Below, in pieces: positions 12,983-25,022 of a DNA stretch of 57,693 nt (its first letter is position 1; each line of letters opens with the position of its first letter). The stretch is taken from NCBI RefSeq assembly GCF_001194135.2, contig NC_068995.1:21239638-21297330 (forward strand). The letters are read 5' to 3'. The stretch comes from Octopus bimaculoides (lineage: Eukaryota). The translations under genes were made by a program, and so were the position numbers. The notes beneath the pieces are model-generated. The model saw nothing but the letters and a program-made list of their open reading frames with translations. It made no database searches and had not been told where the DNA came from.

Positions 12983-13839
12983 GATGAACTTTTCATCACC
13001 TGTATTATTCACAAAACAAGCTCTACTCTAGTACTAACCCCAGGAATGATAATTCACAACACAAACTTGTCAATGCAAATCTTCGGGTAAGTCTAATATG
13101 TTCAAAAAGTAAACTAAACACAACGAAATTTTGATCCCACATCTTAAAAGTAATCGATTAGCTACAAACGTCCCTTATTCCGATTCTCAGCTCCAAATAT
13201 ATTTTCAACAATATCTCATTTATTTTAAATATGAATCCCAGAAGTCCTTCTTTGCAGCGTTATCAGTGAAATATATTGTGCAGCATTATAACTCTGATGG
13301 TAGCATTTAACCATCTTCATAAAGGAGGCATTGGTCAAAGTAGTCCTAGATGCATGCACACACAAATACAGAAGAACGGCTCACGGTGGAATGTCTTTAA
13401 ACATGGCTTAGTTTAATTAGGAACTAATGACAACCGCCACTGCAATCAGCTCTTCAAATCTAAAAAAAAAAACAATCAAGAATAAGAGGTTTCCAATAAA
13501 CAAATAAAACATTGAATCTGTTAAACATAATATACAGACAATTTATAAAAGTACAAGCAGTTCAGCAAATAAAACATTTAGAACAAGGGAAAATGTTTCA
13601 ACAATAACAGCAACAACATGACATCGATAAGTATTCGACCAACCATGACAAGGACGACAGCGATGACGATGATGTCTACGAGAATGGTCACCAACACAAC
13701 TTGCATCATAACAACAACAGCAACCTAACTACCACAAAAAGAGAAACAATAAACAGTTGCAATTTATAAATAGCAGCAGCAACAACATCGAATGGACAGT
13801 AAAACAGTAGGTGCGGCATAATGTTATGATAACCAGCAT

Positions 13840-14070
13840 GGGGAAACCTCTACATGGTCGCACGAAATACTAGAAATAACAGCGGAAAAATCTCTTTCGA
13901 GTCGCACACCAAACCCTTAAAAATATTATGATAAATTGGAGATTAACATATATGCAAAAAAAAAAAAAGATGGGATGGACAAGGCTGGAGTGCCTATGAT
14001 CTATGCATAAATGCAAGGAACGTCCATGTTTACAGGTCTGTTTGACCTAGAGTTAAACAACTATAAATAC
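13840..14070 (+). mobile_element. Old interspersed repeat family D copy
   Basis: ctagaaataacagc core..ggagtgcctatgatc..gacctagagttaaacaac tail; similar order at 15100-15320 and 33120-33310. Confidence 0.55.
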
Positions 14071-15099
14071 ACACACTGAAAAAAATCGATAAAAACAATC
14101 CTAAATAGAAAACAAGTATAAATACCAGACCAGCCAACAGCATCAACAACATCAAAATATATATAAGAAAAAATAAAATATGTGACAAACCAGTCAAAAA
14201 CAACAACTGCAACTCAATATGTATATAAAACAACAGGAAAATAAATTGCCATGAATACAACGACAATGGCGATAAGGAAAAATCAACATAAAACAAGAGA
14301 ATAGTAACCGCAATATCAACATTAAAAACCTAAGCTTTCAAACCGTAGTTGTAGAGAATGCGTATAAATGGAGGGAAGGGGGCATATATAATGTATTTTG
14401 TCCCTTCCGCTAGAGTGCGTTCCAGTGTATACTTCAATGCACTCTTTAGTGTTGGGAATTATGTTTCTAGTGACATGTTGCCTGGTCTAAGATGGCCGCA
14501 GTGAAACGCTAAAAAGAAGGCAATAAATTAAGTGGATAAGTTCGAGGGGTATAAAGCGAAAGAAAACGAAACAAGAAAAAGAGAAGAGAAATAAAGAAAA
14601 TATAAACAAAACAACGATTGGAACTGCGATGAAAGGGAATATCTAAATGTCTTTTGATAGTATGCAGGGGGGAAATAAAATAGATAGAGCTGGAAGGCAG
14701 AGTTGAATATTGGAAGCGAAGACAAGGAGAGTAAAATAAATGAGAGAAGAAGAAAAAAAACCAATAACAAAGACAAAAAAGTGATGGAAAGGCAATGTGG
14801 AAAATAAGGTAGAGAAAATAGAAAGAAGAAAATATGTAAGTGGAAGATGGTAGAGAAAAACAAATAGAGATAGGGATTAAAAGCAATCATGAAAAAGAGA
14901 ATGGAGAGAACGGGAATGGAAGTAAACTAGGAAAACATGCTTTCAGAAGTAGAAAGAAAACATCGACGAAGAAACGTAGTACGTAAAACTACTCAGATAA
15001 CTCATTTGTCTTAAGTTATGTAGGCTAAGTCTGTTTAGAGAAATACTCAACATTACTTTCACACTTCAGAGTTTTATATCGCAGCAAGCAGAAAACTGT

Positions 15100-15320
15100 T
15101 TTTCTTATTTAACGACCTACAGGAAATAAAAGTCAAACCTCCCTTAAATCACTTCGTGCCGCATTAAATTAAGAAAGTACACTTTAACAATATGATCTTT
15201 GATATAAGGTGCCTAAAACAGGAAAAAAAAAAACATTGCAGACAGTCGCGAATTGAATGTCTTTTCATTTCAAGTTTGCTTACTCAGAGCTGACCTAGGA
15301 GCAAGAAAGTCAACGTATCT
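15100..15320 (+). mobile_element. Old interspersed repeat family D copy
   Basis: caggaaataaaagtcaaacctcccttaaatcac..gaatgtcttttcat..cagagctgacctaggagc. Confidence 0.55.
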
Positions 15321-15669
15321 TGTCCAGCGCGTCTATTGCCACTCTTTTATTTTACTCATTCGTCAAGATTACCTTATCACTCTATTTTAACTGCCAGCGA
15401 AGATTCAATGTGTTCAGATGAGCTGCTAGTAATAGCAGATGAATATTTCTCACATCACTCCTTAACATCTTACAAAACAATGACATCATTTATAATTACC
15501 ATGATACACACTGCCTACAATGCAGGATACAAAAAGAAGTAATAGTTATAGTCAGAATGCCTTTAAACATGAGTATACTTGATTATACCAGAACGAAGGT
15601 AAATAACAACAGCTTATTCCCAATTCGTTAAGTTGTAATTTTTGGATATATGAATGAGAGAAAAGAAAT

Positions 15670-15885
15670 ATTGGTTTCGAATTTTGGAACATGGCCAGCA
15701 ACTTTAGGAGAGGAGTAGGTCGTTTACATCGACTCCAGTATTCAACTGGTACTTATTTTATCGACCCCGAAGGGATGAAATGTAAAGTTGGCCTTAGCAA
15801 AATTTGAACTCAAAAAGCGAAGGCGGACGAAATGCCGCTAAATATTTTTGCTCGGCGTGCTAACAATTCTGCCATCTCGCTGCTT
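15670..15885 (-). mobile_element. SINE family A copy (first of a tandem pair)
   Basis: Near-full reverse complement of family A, including the head gcgtgctaacaattctgccatctcg. Confidence 0.85.
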
Positions 15886-15904
15886 TAATTTAAGTGTAAA
15901 GTAA

Positions 15905-16095
15905 TATTGAGTTTTAGCTTTCGCACAAGGCCAGCGATTTCAGGGACCTCAATACTCGACTGGATCTTATTTTATCGACCCCGAAATAAGTAAAGGCAAA
16001 GTTGACCTAGGCGAAAATTAAACTCAGAAACGTAAAGACGGCTGAAATACCGCTAAGCATTTTGCCTGACATGCTAACGATTCTGCCAGCTCCCG
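15905..16095 (-). mobile_element. SINE family A copy (second of a tandem pair)
   Basis: ttatcgaccccgaa..gcaaagttgacc..gaaataccgctaagcattttgcc..gctaacgattctgccagctc. Confidence 0.85.
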
Positions 16096-18099
16096 GACTT
16101 CAATTTAAAAGTACTGTTAGAATATCATTTCTTACCCTCTTCCAATTGAATAAACATTTGTAAACTTCTCTGTACATTTCTGATTTCAGTCAACCTATGT
16201 AGAGTTCCATGTCATCTGTAGTGTAGTTATTTAGGTTAAGGATGAAGTTTGTATTGTGATTATTAAACGCTTATAAAGCTTTCTGTCAGTATATTCGACT
16301 CTTGTTCTTTCAAACCGTATACTATCATTTTCATTTTCCGTTACCTTACATAGAAGATTAATCATGCTATCAACCGCGAAGACCAAACGGTCATCTGCTA
16401 ATTGCTGCCATCCGATGAAACTTCGTAAATGACGCAGCGTATCCTGCTTGATTTTGGACCCAAATTATTCTTTTTTACCTTCGCTTATATTGTATATTGT
16501 CCCACCATTTTGTACATTTGTCCAGTCTGTGTCTTCACCCATCACGGCAATACGTACGATGAGATGCATTACTGAGCGGATATTCTGTTCCTTTAAAGAA
16601 CATAAAGATAAGAATTAGAATAAGCAAAATATTAAACAAATATAAATTTAAAAATCTCTTTTCGCACACTGTCTTGGCGGTCTTACGATGATTGTGCGAT
16701 CATTGAAATTTTTTGAATGCTTTCTTGGTAAAAACGTAAATAGCTCAGAAGAAACATTTCAATATGATTAATGGTAACGCGACAATTTTATACTTCGTTT
16801 CAACAAGGCAACCCTTATTCCAGATATGAAATAATAGAAAATAATAATTACTTGTCTCACAGCCATGCGAGAAAATATGGCGTTTTCGAATTTAGCCCCT
16901 TATTGAATAGAAACAGACTAAGAAATAACGTATATAAGCGTGTTGAAAACAACAAAAACCTCCATGTCCGTGAAATGTTCAATTATAGACAGATATAGCC
17001 AGCACATGATCAAAATTCCTTCTTTGGTAGTGGCATATTTATGGAGCCAGAAGCCTTGTGTTCAAACCGGGGGTGAGGGAAAAAATAGAGGTTGAGTTTG
17101 TGCATTACAAACCTTCCCATGAGCTAAAATTACAACTGTTAATGAGTAATACACAACTCACGTTACAGAATGCTAATAATTGGGTCCAATGATTCGCTCG
17201 TAGTCAATTTTGTGATACAATTTTTTGAAGCACCAAAGATGTCGGCATCGATATGTGGTTGTGAAGGGATATCATGGACAATGCAAAGAGCAGTAGATAA
17301 TCGAAGTTATGGACTCGCTTGATCATGTGTATGGGATAGGTTTCTCAGTTTCAAAGTTTTCATTTCAACTATGATTCTAAAGTATGTGATCATTTAATTA
17401 TTCTTCTGTAATGATTTTTGTAAGTTATAATAATTAATATTTCCTAATACATTGTATAACAACTCGTTTCCTTTCTTCTGTTTCCTTACATAAGTATATT
17501 TTACATCCTAGACGGTTTCATTTTGCAAGCTTATTCTAAGTTGCATTTTATATGCATGAATAACACCAAGTAGTGTTAAAGCTTCATACTTTGTAATACT
17601 TTTCTCAATCTTCGTACAGAGTTCAAATTCTTTTCATTCATTTGCTCCTTCCAGTCTTTCGAGTCGATATAATCAATTTTTCCCATTTACCAAACTTGTT
17701 CCTGTATTAAAGATAATTATCATTGATATTATTTGTATCTCTGAGGACGCGGGGCTGATTGTTAGAACGTCAGATTCGTTGGAACGGTAAATTTATAATC
17801 TGCGGAAGGAAATTACAGCCGTTTCCATAATGATTTCAAATATTACAGGCATCACCGCCCTATTCATTCCTTAAGGTAGTTATTTACATTTGGTCAGTTA
17901 TAATTTTTTTAAATCATTGATTTAAAGACATTCTGACTATAACTAGTACTTCTTTTCATATCTCTGCAGGGTAGGCATTGTGTGTCATGATCAACATTAA
18001 CAAATATCACAATTTATTAATAAACAATCAACTACTGTAGTCGACTTAATCGACTAGTTTTGCTGCCAATATCTAGTATTGCGTGTAAGACTTCAAACT

Positions 18100-18305
18100 G
18101 GGAGAGTCGTCAGCTCAGCGGGAAAAAATGCTTCATAACATTTCGTCCGCCATTATGTTCTGAGTTCAAATTCCGAAAAAGTCAACTTTGCCTTTCATCC
18201 CTTCGGGGTCGATAAAATAAGTACTAGTTGAACATTGGGGCCGATATAATTGACTTACACCCTCTGTTGTAATTGCTGGTCTTGTGCCAAAATTTGGAAC
18301 CAATA
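18100..18305 (+). mobile_element. SINE family A copy
   Basis: ttctgagttcaaattcc..gtcaactttgcctttcatcccttcggggtcgataaaataagtac..ttgtgccaaaatttgg. Confidence 0.85.
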
Positions 18306-18493
18306 TTTGCTGTTGCTCCTTTGTAAGAAATTCTTAACTGTGTGGATGGTAGATTGTTATTACGATATGCAAAATGCTGGCGATATTTGCTCTAGCCATT
18401 TATGCTATAAGTTTACATTGCACCAACATCAACATTGCCTTCCATTCTCCCGGATTCGATGAAAATCAAATAGCTGGCAATTACTGAGTTCGA

Positions 18494-18678
18494 TACAGTT
18501 CTATATTTGAGAGGTGAAGAATTATGTACGTTATTTACATTATTTTCATTTGATGGATATTTGTCCTCATCTTGTTTGTTGTCAACACAACCTTTCGGCT
18601 GACATACTCTCCAGCCTTCTTCAGGTGTCCTGGGGGAAATTTCGAACCTGGATTCTCATTCCTAAGGTATTTTTGATG

Positions 18679-18728
<50 letters not shown>

Positions 18729-18798
18729 TCACGTCACTGCCTGAAATCGGACTTGGAATCTGGGGGTTAGTAGCCCGGGTTCTTGACCACTGTGCCTT
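18494..18798 (-). mobile_element. SINE family C, apparently full length: tRNA-like head + (AAT)n + tail with hammerhead-like core
   Basis: Minus strand: aGGCACAGTGG (A-box-like), GGG-CTACTAA-CCC (anticodon-arm-like), GTCCGATTTC (B-box-like), (AAT)n, then CTGAAGA-A-GGCTG-10nt-CAGCC-GAAA. Confidence 0.75.
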
Positions 18799-19014
18799 GG
18801 TCAATTATGGAGTGAATTTTAGGGCTTATAAATCTAGTATTTTCCCTTCCTTTCTTAATACCAGTTCCCATATTCTACTCATATCTGCACTAGTTATGCT
18901 TAGGAGGTTATTATGTCCTAGAATGTGTGCTGCTTCTTTTAGTATTCGTATTTTCCATGATGATGATGATGACGATGATGATGATGATGATGACGACATC
19001 AACAACAACGGCAA

Positions 19015-19178
19015 CAACAACAACATCGAAAAATACCTCAGGAATGAGAATCCAGGTTCGAAATTTCCCCAGGGCATCTGAAGAAGGCTGGAGGGTATAT
19101 CAGCCGAAACGTTGTGTTAACAACATACAAGATGAGGACAAATATTCATCAAATGTAAATAATGTAAATAATGTACAG
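19015..19178 (+). mobile_element. SINE family C, headless copy in opposite orientation
   Basis: About 12 differences in about 155 nt from the reverse complement of 18524-18680. CTGAAGA at 19078-19084, GAAAC at 19106-19110. Confidence 0.8.
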
Positions 19179-21039
19179 AGTTCGATATTATCAGCATACT
19201 CCCGCTGGGATTTATGGCTACATTCTTAACACGGAAATTACTCTTATTGTGTTTCAGAAGCTTTTTATCATCGATAGAGTGTCATGTACGATATAGTGTG
19301 CCGGTTTTATTCATAACATCGTTCTATATGTATAAATGAGGCCATCTAAGAAGTTTCTATATTAGTAAGAGAAGTTGATAGAATAACGACTATCAGTTAA
19401 AAATAGAATACTATAAACTACTACAGTCACTTCATTTCCCAGTTCTCTGTTCTTATAATATTCTGTCTTTCAGTGTAGGTCAACAGATATAATTTCTTCG
19501 CTACTCAAAAGAAGAAAAATCACGAATAAATATATAAGCAGAGTAATAAATAAATAATCCATTTATTGCAGGATTAGTTGCGTAGACTAAATAATATTTC
19601 ATTTACATATTAATCTTCTGCAGCCATTTTGTGTAGAGTTGATATTTCACTCAAGCTGTTTGAAATGGTTGTTTTGCAGTGAAAATCTACATCTAATTTA
19701 CCAAATCAAGTTTGGGATTCCGCCCACCATCACCAGATCAGCTTTAGGCATTTCATTTAGACTTTCCACGTTTAAGTGAGTTGCACAAATATTATCCAGG
19801 ATTAGTGGGAAAATGTCGGTATTAGAATAAACGTGCTGTTCTGAATGAACCTTCGACATGATTTTTACTCATTAGCACGTACAAATACAGACACGTAGTT
19901 GGAAACATACAGACGCTTTATATACACTATGTGTGTATGTGTGTCTGTGTCCTTACGTGCGTGTGCGTCTTAATATGTATACGAGTGCTTGTCAGTGTGT
20001 TTGTGTTTATGTGAATGTATGTATATGGGTGTGTGATTCTGTCTTTACATAGGTATAAAGCAAATTACATTTACATTCTAACACATAAACGCATGGCTAT
20101 TTGTTCTATATTCATTTCTGCTCATAAGAAGTAATATGGATATAGTCATGTGATTTATTTTCAGAGTATGGAATTTCTTCCTCTATGTTTATTTTTTTTA
20201 TTCTTCTATTTCTTCGACAATTCCTCGTCTTTGAATCATTCTCCGAGATGATAATACTAGCCAGCCATATAAATCCTTGAAAATTCTTTCTTGAATTCGT
20301 TTCAACTAGATATGTTATGATTTTTAAGTTGGTTTGGGAGATAGATCTGAAGTATTGGAATGCTTGACATTTCAACAGAGATTTCAACACAATAATAAAG
20401 CAAAATGAACTATGATTTTTTAAAGTTATTGTTTCATATTAGATCGATCTTAAGAAACCTTTGTTACATAATATGATGGAATAAAACTCATAGAGTAATC
20501 TACTATTTTTCGAGCCAGAGCTGAGAGCATTCACTGCTCCAGCGTTTTATAATTTTTTCCCCAATCAACACTTTTTTGTAAAGTAAGAATATAAATTAAA
20601 TAACGCAGTTCTCTTCAGTGTAATGACTCTTACATATCCTTTACTGTAGCATAACAACAATTTCACGTTTGCATCTCAATACCAACCATTCAGCCAACTG
20701 AAACTTTAACTATTCCCTTAGTTTCATTCTTGCTGGATCTATAATCATTTTCTGATGCTATTCATTTCAGATTTTTATTTAATGTGTGAGCTGAAATGTT
20801 TAAAACTGTATCATAATGTCAAAGCAGAAAGCGTGTTTTAACCAAAAATATTAACTTGGGCACGAAACTTTCACATCCCCCAGGGCATTTGAGAATGTTT
20901 TAATTCATAAGATCAAGCGAGTATTTATGTTACTGATACTTATTTTATTGAATCGTTACAAAATACTTGTTCTCTCAATACCAGTTCTGGGACGTGGAGA
21001 CATAAACCCAGATACAGACAAACACACAGAGCAGATATT

Positions 21040-21072
21040 ATCTCTCTGTCTTTCTGTCTGCCTGTCTCCCCC

Positions 21073-21104
<32 letters not shown>

Positions 21105-21273
21105 TTCTCTCTTTCTCTCTGTCTCTCTTTCTCTCTCTGTCTCTCTTTCTCTGTCTCTCTTTCTCTGTCTCTCTTTCTCTCTCTATCTCTTTCTCTCTCT
21201 TNNNNNNNNNNTTTCTCTGTCTCTCTTTCTCTCTCTATCTCTTTCTCTCTCTTTCTCTCTCTCTCTCTCTCTT

Positions 21274-21310
<37 letters not shown>
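21040..21310. repeat. Degenerate (CT)n/(CTCTGT)n/(CTCTTT)n tract
   Basis: Read directly. Confidence 0.95.
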
Positions 21311-22037
21311 ACACTCACACGCACACACACATACATATTTACTGTATTTACTGTATTTACTGTATTTCTCAGCGGCTTATAAGACGCTCTGTTGCATTAG
21401 ACGCGCCCGAATTCAGAAGGTAATAATCAGAAAAAAAGGTAAGAGTGCCTAATACCAAGTTTTATTTCCTCCACTGAAACCTAACCTTATTTCAGCTTGA
21501 AATCTTCATTAATCATACCGAATTTATCACAAATCAGAGTGGAACACTAAATTCAGATCAAACACTGTATATTTACAGTAATTCTACATGCACAAATAAG
21601 GCTACGTTTCATTTATGGGTCGGTCAAAACATGCAATAGGCCTAGTGCTCACTTGAAATCAGCTCGAAATCCTCACCAATCGTGACAAATTTATCACAAG
21701 CATTAAATTTACATGAAGTAAAATTTACCAATGCCATGTATGTTAATTCTAACACTAAATTAATTTGATTTGTAAATGGAAAAAAAACAACAACAAAAAA
21801 AAACAAAACAAAAGGTATCGGAGGGGCGATGCATACCCCACGCGCAGAGAAAAAGTTTTTTTGTAAATTATAGTGTGCCTTACAAGGAATTGCTTACGCA
21901 TGCTTTTTAATTGAACTGAATTAATTTTGTTTTAAGTATCACTATTATAGGTATTTATATACTCCTGTGAAATTAAGAAATCAATTCGTAAATAAACAAA
22001 ACCTTCGAATTCCTCACTGTACACACACACACACACA

Positions 22038-22070
<33 letters not shown>

Positions 22071-22327
22071 GCACGCACACACATGCAAACACAAACACAC
22101 GCATGCACAAACACACCATCGCATATCTATGTATGTATTTATGTATGTATATATGTATGCTTTTACGTATGCATGTACGCACACGTGTCTACGCACACAG
22201 GTACACCATCATCTATACACACACAGATGTGGACAGTGATCCGGGAACAAAATTTGCTGAGGTGGTGCAAAACCAGGTCCAAACATTTTACGAAAAAAGT
22301 GGATTTTTTCAATGTTAATATTAAATG

Positions 22328-22740
22328 CCCATAGACTGAAATGCTCATAGGCTGAACAAGACACTCTCATGGAATGTGATTAAATAAAGTTCATTTTTGA
22401 ACATAGTTCCTCTTACTGTTCACACACTTCCATAAGTAGTTGCAGTGCTTGGATCGCACTGGTGGAAAAAATATTCTGTTGGTCAAGCATCGGCTGCAGA
22501 TGAGATGTTTTCATCCCATCGATTCTGGTGCCCAGCTGTGTGTTTTTCTTTTTGGGAAACAGAGATGATAATCAGATGGAGCTAAATCCATAATATAGGG
22601 AGGGGGATCAACCAGTACAGAGCCAGTCACGCACAGCAGCAATTGAAACCAAGGACTTGTGAGCTGAAGCATTGTCCTAATGAAACAAGATTCTATTCAT
22701 TAGTTTTTCTGGGCGCTAAGTCTTGATAGCCTTTCGAAAC
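22328..22740 (-). mobile_element. Mariner transposase C-terminal relic, same family as 6770-7310
   Basis: Minus strand: ILFH*DNASAHKSLVS, PPYIMDLAPSDYHL, IQALQ..KCV..KRNYVQK*; 3' end resembles 7270-7310. Confidence 0.85.
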
Positions 22741-23799
22741 TGCCTTAAGAAGTTTCGAACTTAAGAAGTCTTGAACTTTCCATTGCTGCTATGATCATTT
22801 TGAGAATAGTCAATAAACAATATTTTTTGCCTTAATGTATATAATATGTAATAATGTGAAGTATATATATTGTATATTAAAATGTTTAATTTCCGAAATA
22901 TACCAAACGAAGCAAACATAAGCCGTATAAATACAAATTGCAAGTATTTCAAAATGTGAAACACTACATGACGAAACTAGCAAAAAAGAATATAGTAGTG
23001 CTTGCGTTCCAAAGGTATGAATAATTCTGTTAAGGAAAATACATTGGTTCTCATTGCAGCTTGTACATAGTAATGTGTGAGGGGTAAACACAAAGCATGG
23101 CGTCAAAGATCTCTGGTGATAACTCTCTCCTCTCTGGATATCTCAAAAGAAATTCTTTATTTATAACCATCTGTTGGTTCGAAATAGACCGCACGATTTT
23201 TGGTCTGGCAAGTGGTCTATTTCGGGAAAACATACACTCCATCTGGATTACAAGAGATAGTGCACGACAAACATCTGACACACATCTACACGCAACGAGT
23301 TAAATGTTGTTTGCGCTCCGGAGGGATCTCAACAACTGTGACAATCTTTTGGACTTTCATACAAATAGAATGATTTGACTTTCTCTTGCCACAGGGTATA
23401 TTTCGTGTGAGACACCAGAGGGTGCAGCTTTTGAACACACAACTCTTTCTTATAATTTAAGATAACCTTGCAATATAAGAGGGAGCGCGCAACTCCTTAT
23501 AAAAGAAGATAACCTCGCAAGTTTATCTTATATAGTGAATCAAACAGTCAAAGTTTTTTTCTTTCTCTTGAGGTATTCAGCATATTAGTGACAATGAAGT
23601 ATCACTACAGCCGCAAGAGACATGGGTATCAGCAGCCGTAGTTCTCTGCACACCAACATGAGACCGCGTCCTTTGTTGAGGTGCTGCATAATCAATTATT
23701 GTCAGGAGTTTTCTTCATTACAAATCAGTGAATACATCTTATAACCACAGACGGTGAACCATTGTGGTGCGAAGTAGAATAATCGGGAGCAGTTCTGAT

Positions 23800-24200
23800 C
23801 CTCTTGGCTAATAATCGACTGAATACGATTGCGAATACAAACGGCTGAAATGGGGTTCTTCCGAATAGACTTTGAAAATATGTCATTTTAATGAGTGCGT
23901 AGCTTGCACATCAGAGAGGTGTTCCTGGTAGAGCCTCTTGGGAGATCACATTTCCGATACTACGGAAATGTGGCAAAAGTGTTTCAGGAAAGTATCGATG
24001 AACAAGTTTTACGGACAAAAGCAGCTGACAGGAAACCCAGGGGTAGGGGACCATGAGAAAGTTGTTTCGATAACATCTATGAGCTCGGTTTGTTTCTTTT
24101 CGAGATCCGGCTGAATCATTTGGAGACGGATAATTGCGACGGGACCTGATAGAAGACGGGCTTGAGGAACATTCTCTAATAATACTTCCAAGAATTTAGT
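23800..24200 (+). mobile_element. RTE-clade LINE 3' fragment
   Basis: RIQTAEMGFFR, IREVFLVEPL..FRYYGNVAK and RKPRGRGP*ESCFDNI follow the established RTE C-terminal pattern (RIQAAEM..LRWxGHV..RPRGRP..W). Confidence 0.75.
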
Positions 24201-24274
24201 GGGTGACGAAGGCAAGCGGAGATTTACATACACAAATAATCTACACACATAAACACATATGCCTCCATATATAT

Positions 24275-24487
24275 AAGTTTCAAATTTTGGCACAAGGCCA
24301 GCAATTTCGGTGGAAGGGGAAAGACGATTACATCGACTTCAGTGTTCCGCTGGTACTTCTTTAATAGATACTGAAAGGATCAAAGACAAAGTCAACCACG
24401 GCAGCATTTGTACTCAGAAAGTAAAGAATTAAGAAATGTAGTTCGGCGTATTGCTCAGCTTGCTAACCATCCTGCAAGCTCACTGAC
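24275..24487 (-). mobile_element. SINE family A copy (first of a tandem pair)
   Basis: ttttggcacaaggccagcaattt..ctggtactt..gacaaagtcaacc..tactcagaa..gctaacc..gcaagctcac. Confidence 0.8.
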
Positions 24488-24507
24488 TATGTCTGTATAT
24501 ATCGATA

Positions 24508-24727
24508 TCAAATTTTGACAGAAGGCCAATAATTTCGAGGGAGGGGGCAAGTCCATTATATAGATCCCAGTGCTCAACTGCTACTTATTTCATCGACCCA
24601 GAAGGATAAAAAGCAAAGTCGACTTCAGCCGAATTTGAACTCAAAATATGAAGACATACGAAATGCCGCTAAGAATTTCGTCTTTCTTCATGTTGTAGTG
24701 ATGGTGGTTCTGCCAGCTCACCGCCTT
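24508..24727 (-). mobile_element. SINE family A copy (second of a tandem pair)
   Basis: catcgacccagaagga..gcaaagtcgac..gaatttgaactca..gaaatgccgctaag..ttctgccagctcaccgcc. Confidence 0.85.
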
Positions 24728-25008
24728 TATATCTGTATATGTTGATAGACAGATAGGTATGCAAACACCCACCCACACACATACACTCGCACAAATATGT
24801 ACACAAACACCGACCCACACACACATACATACACACACATACACACACACACATTAACGTAAATGCATACATCATATATGTAAATATTTATTTGTGTTCA
24901 TGTATGTATGTCTACTATGGTGTACGTGTGCGCGTAGCGTCTTTGAGTGAAATTCATTCAAACATTTCTCGTCTAGTTCAGAGAATTCTAGATTTCGTCA
25001 TACCGTCC

Positions 25009-25022
25009 TTATGACGTCATAA
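25009..25022. promoter_or_regulatory. Perfect 14-bp palindrome containing a full CRE (TGACGTCA)
   Basis: TTATGACGTCATAA read directly. Function is not demonstrated. Confidence 0.3.

Noticed and set aside
18731-18798. tRNA genes at SINE heads (also 5335, 12900-12982, 38715-38750, 44413)
   Set aside because: Only A/B-box and partial arms are present, with no complete cloverleaf; they are SINE-derived.
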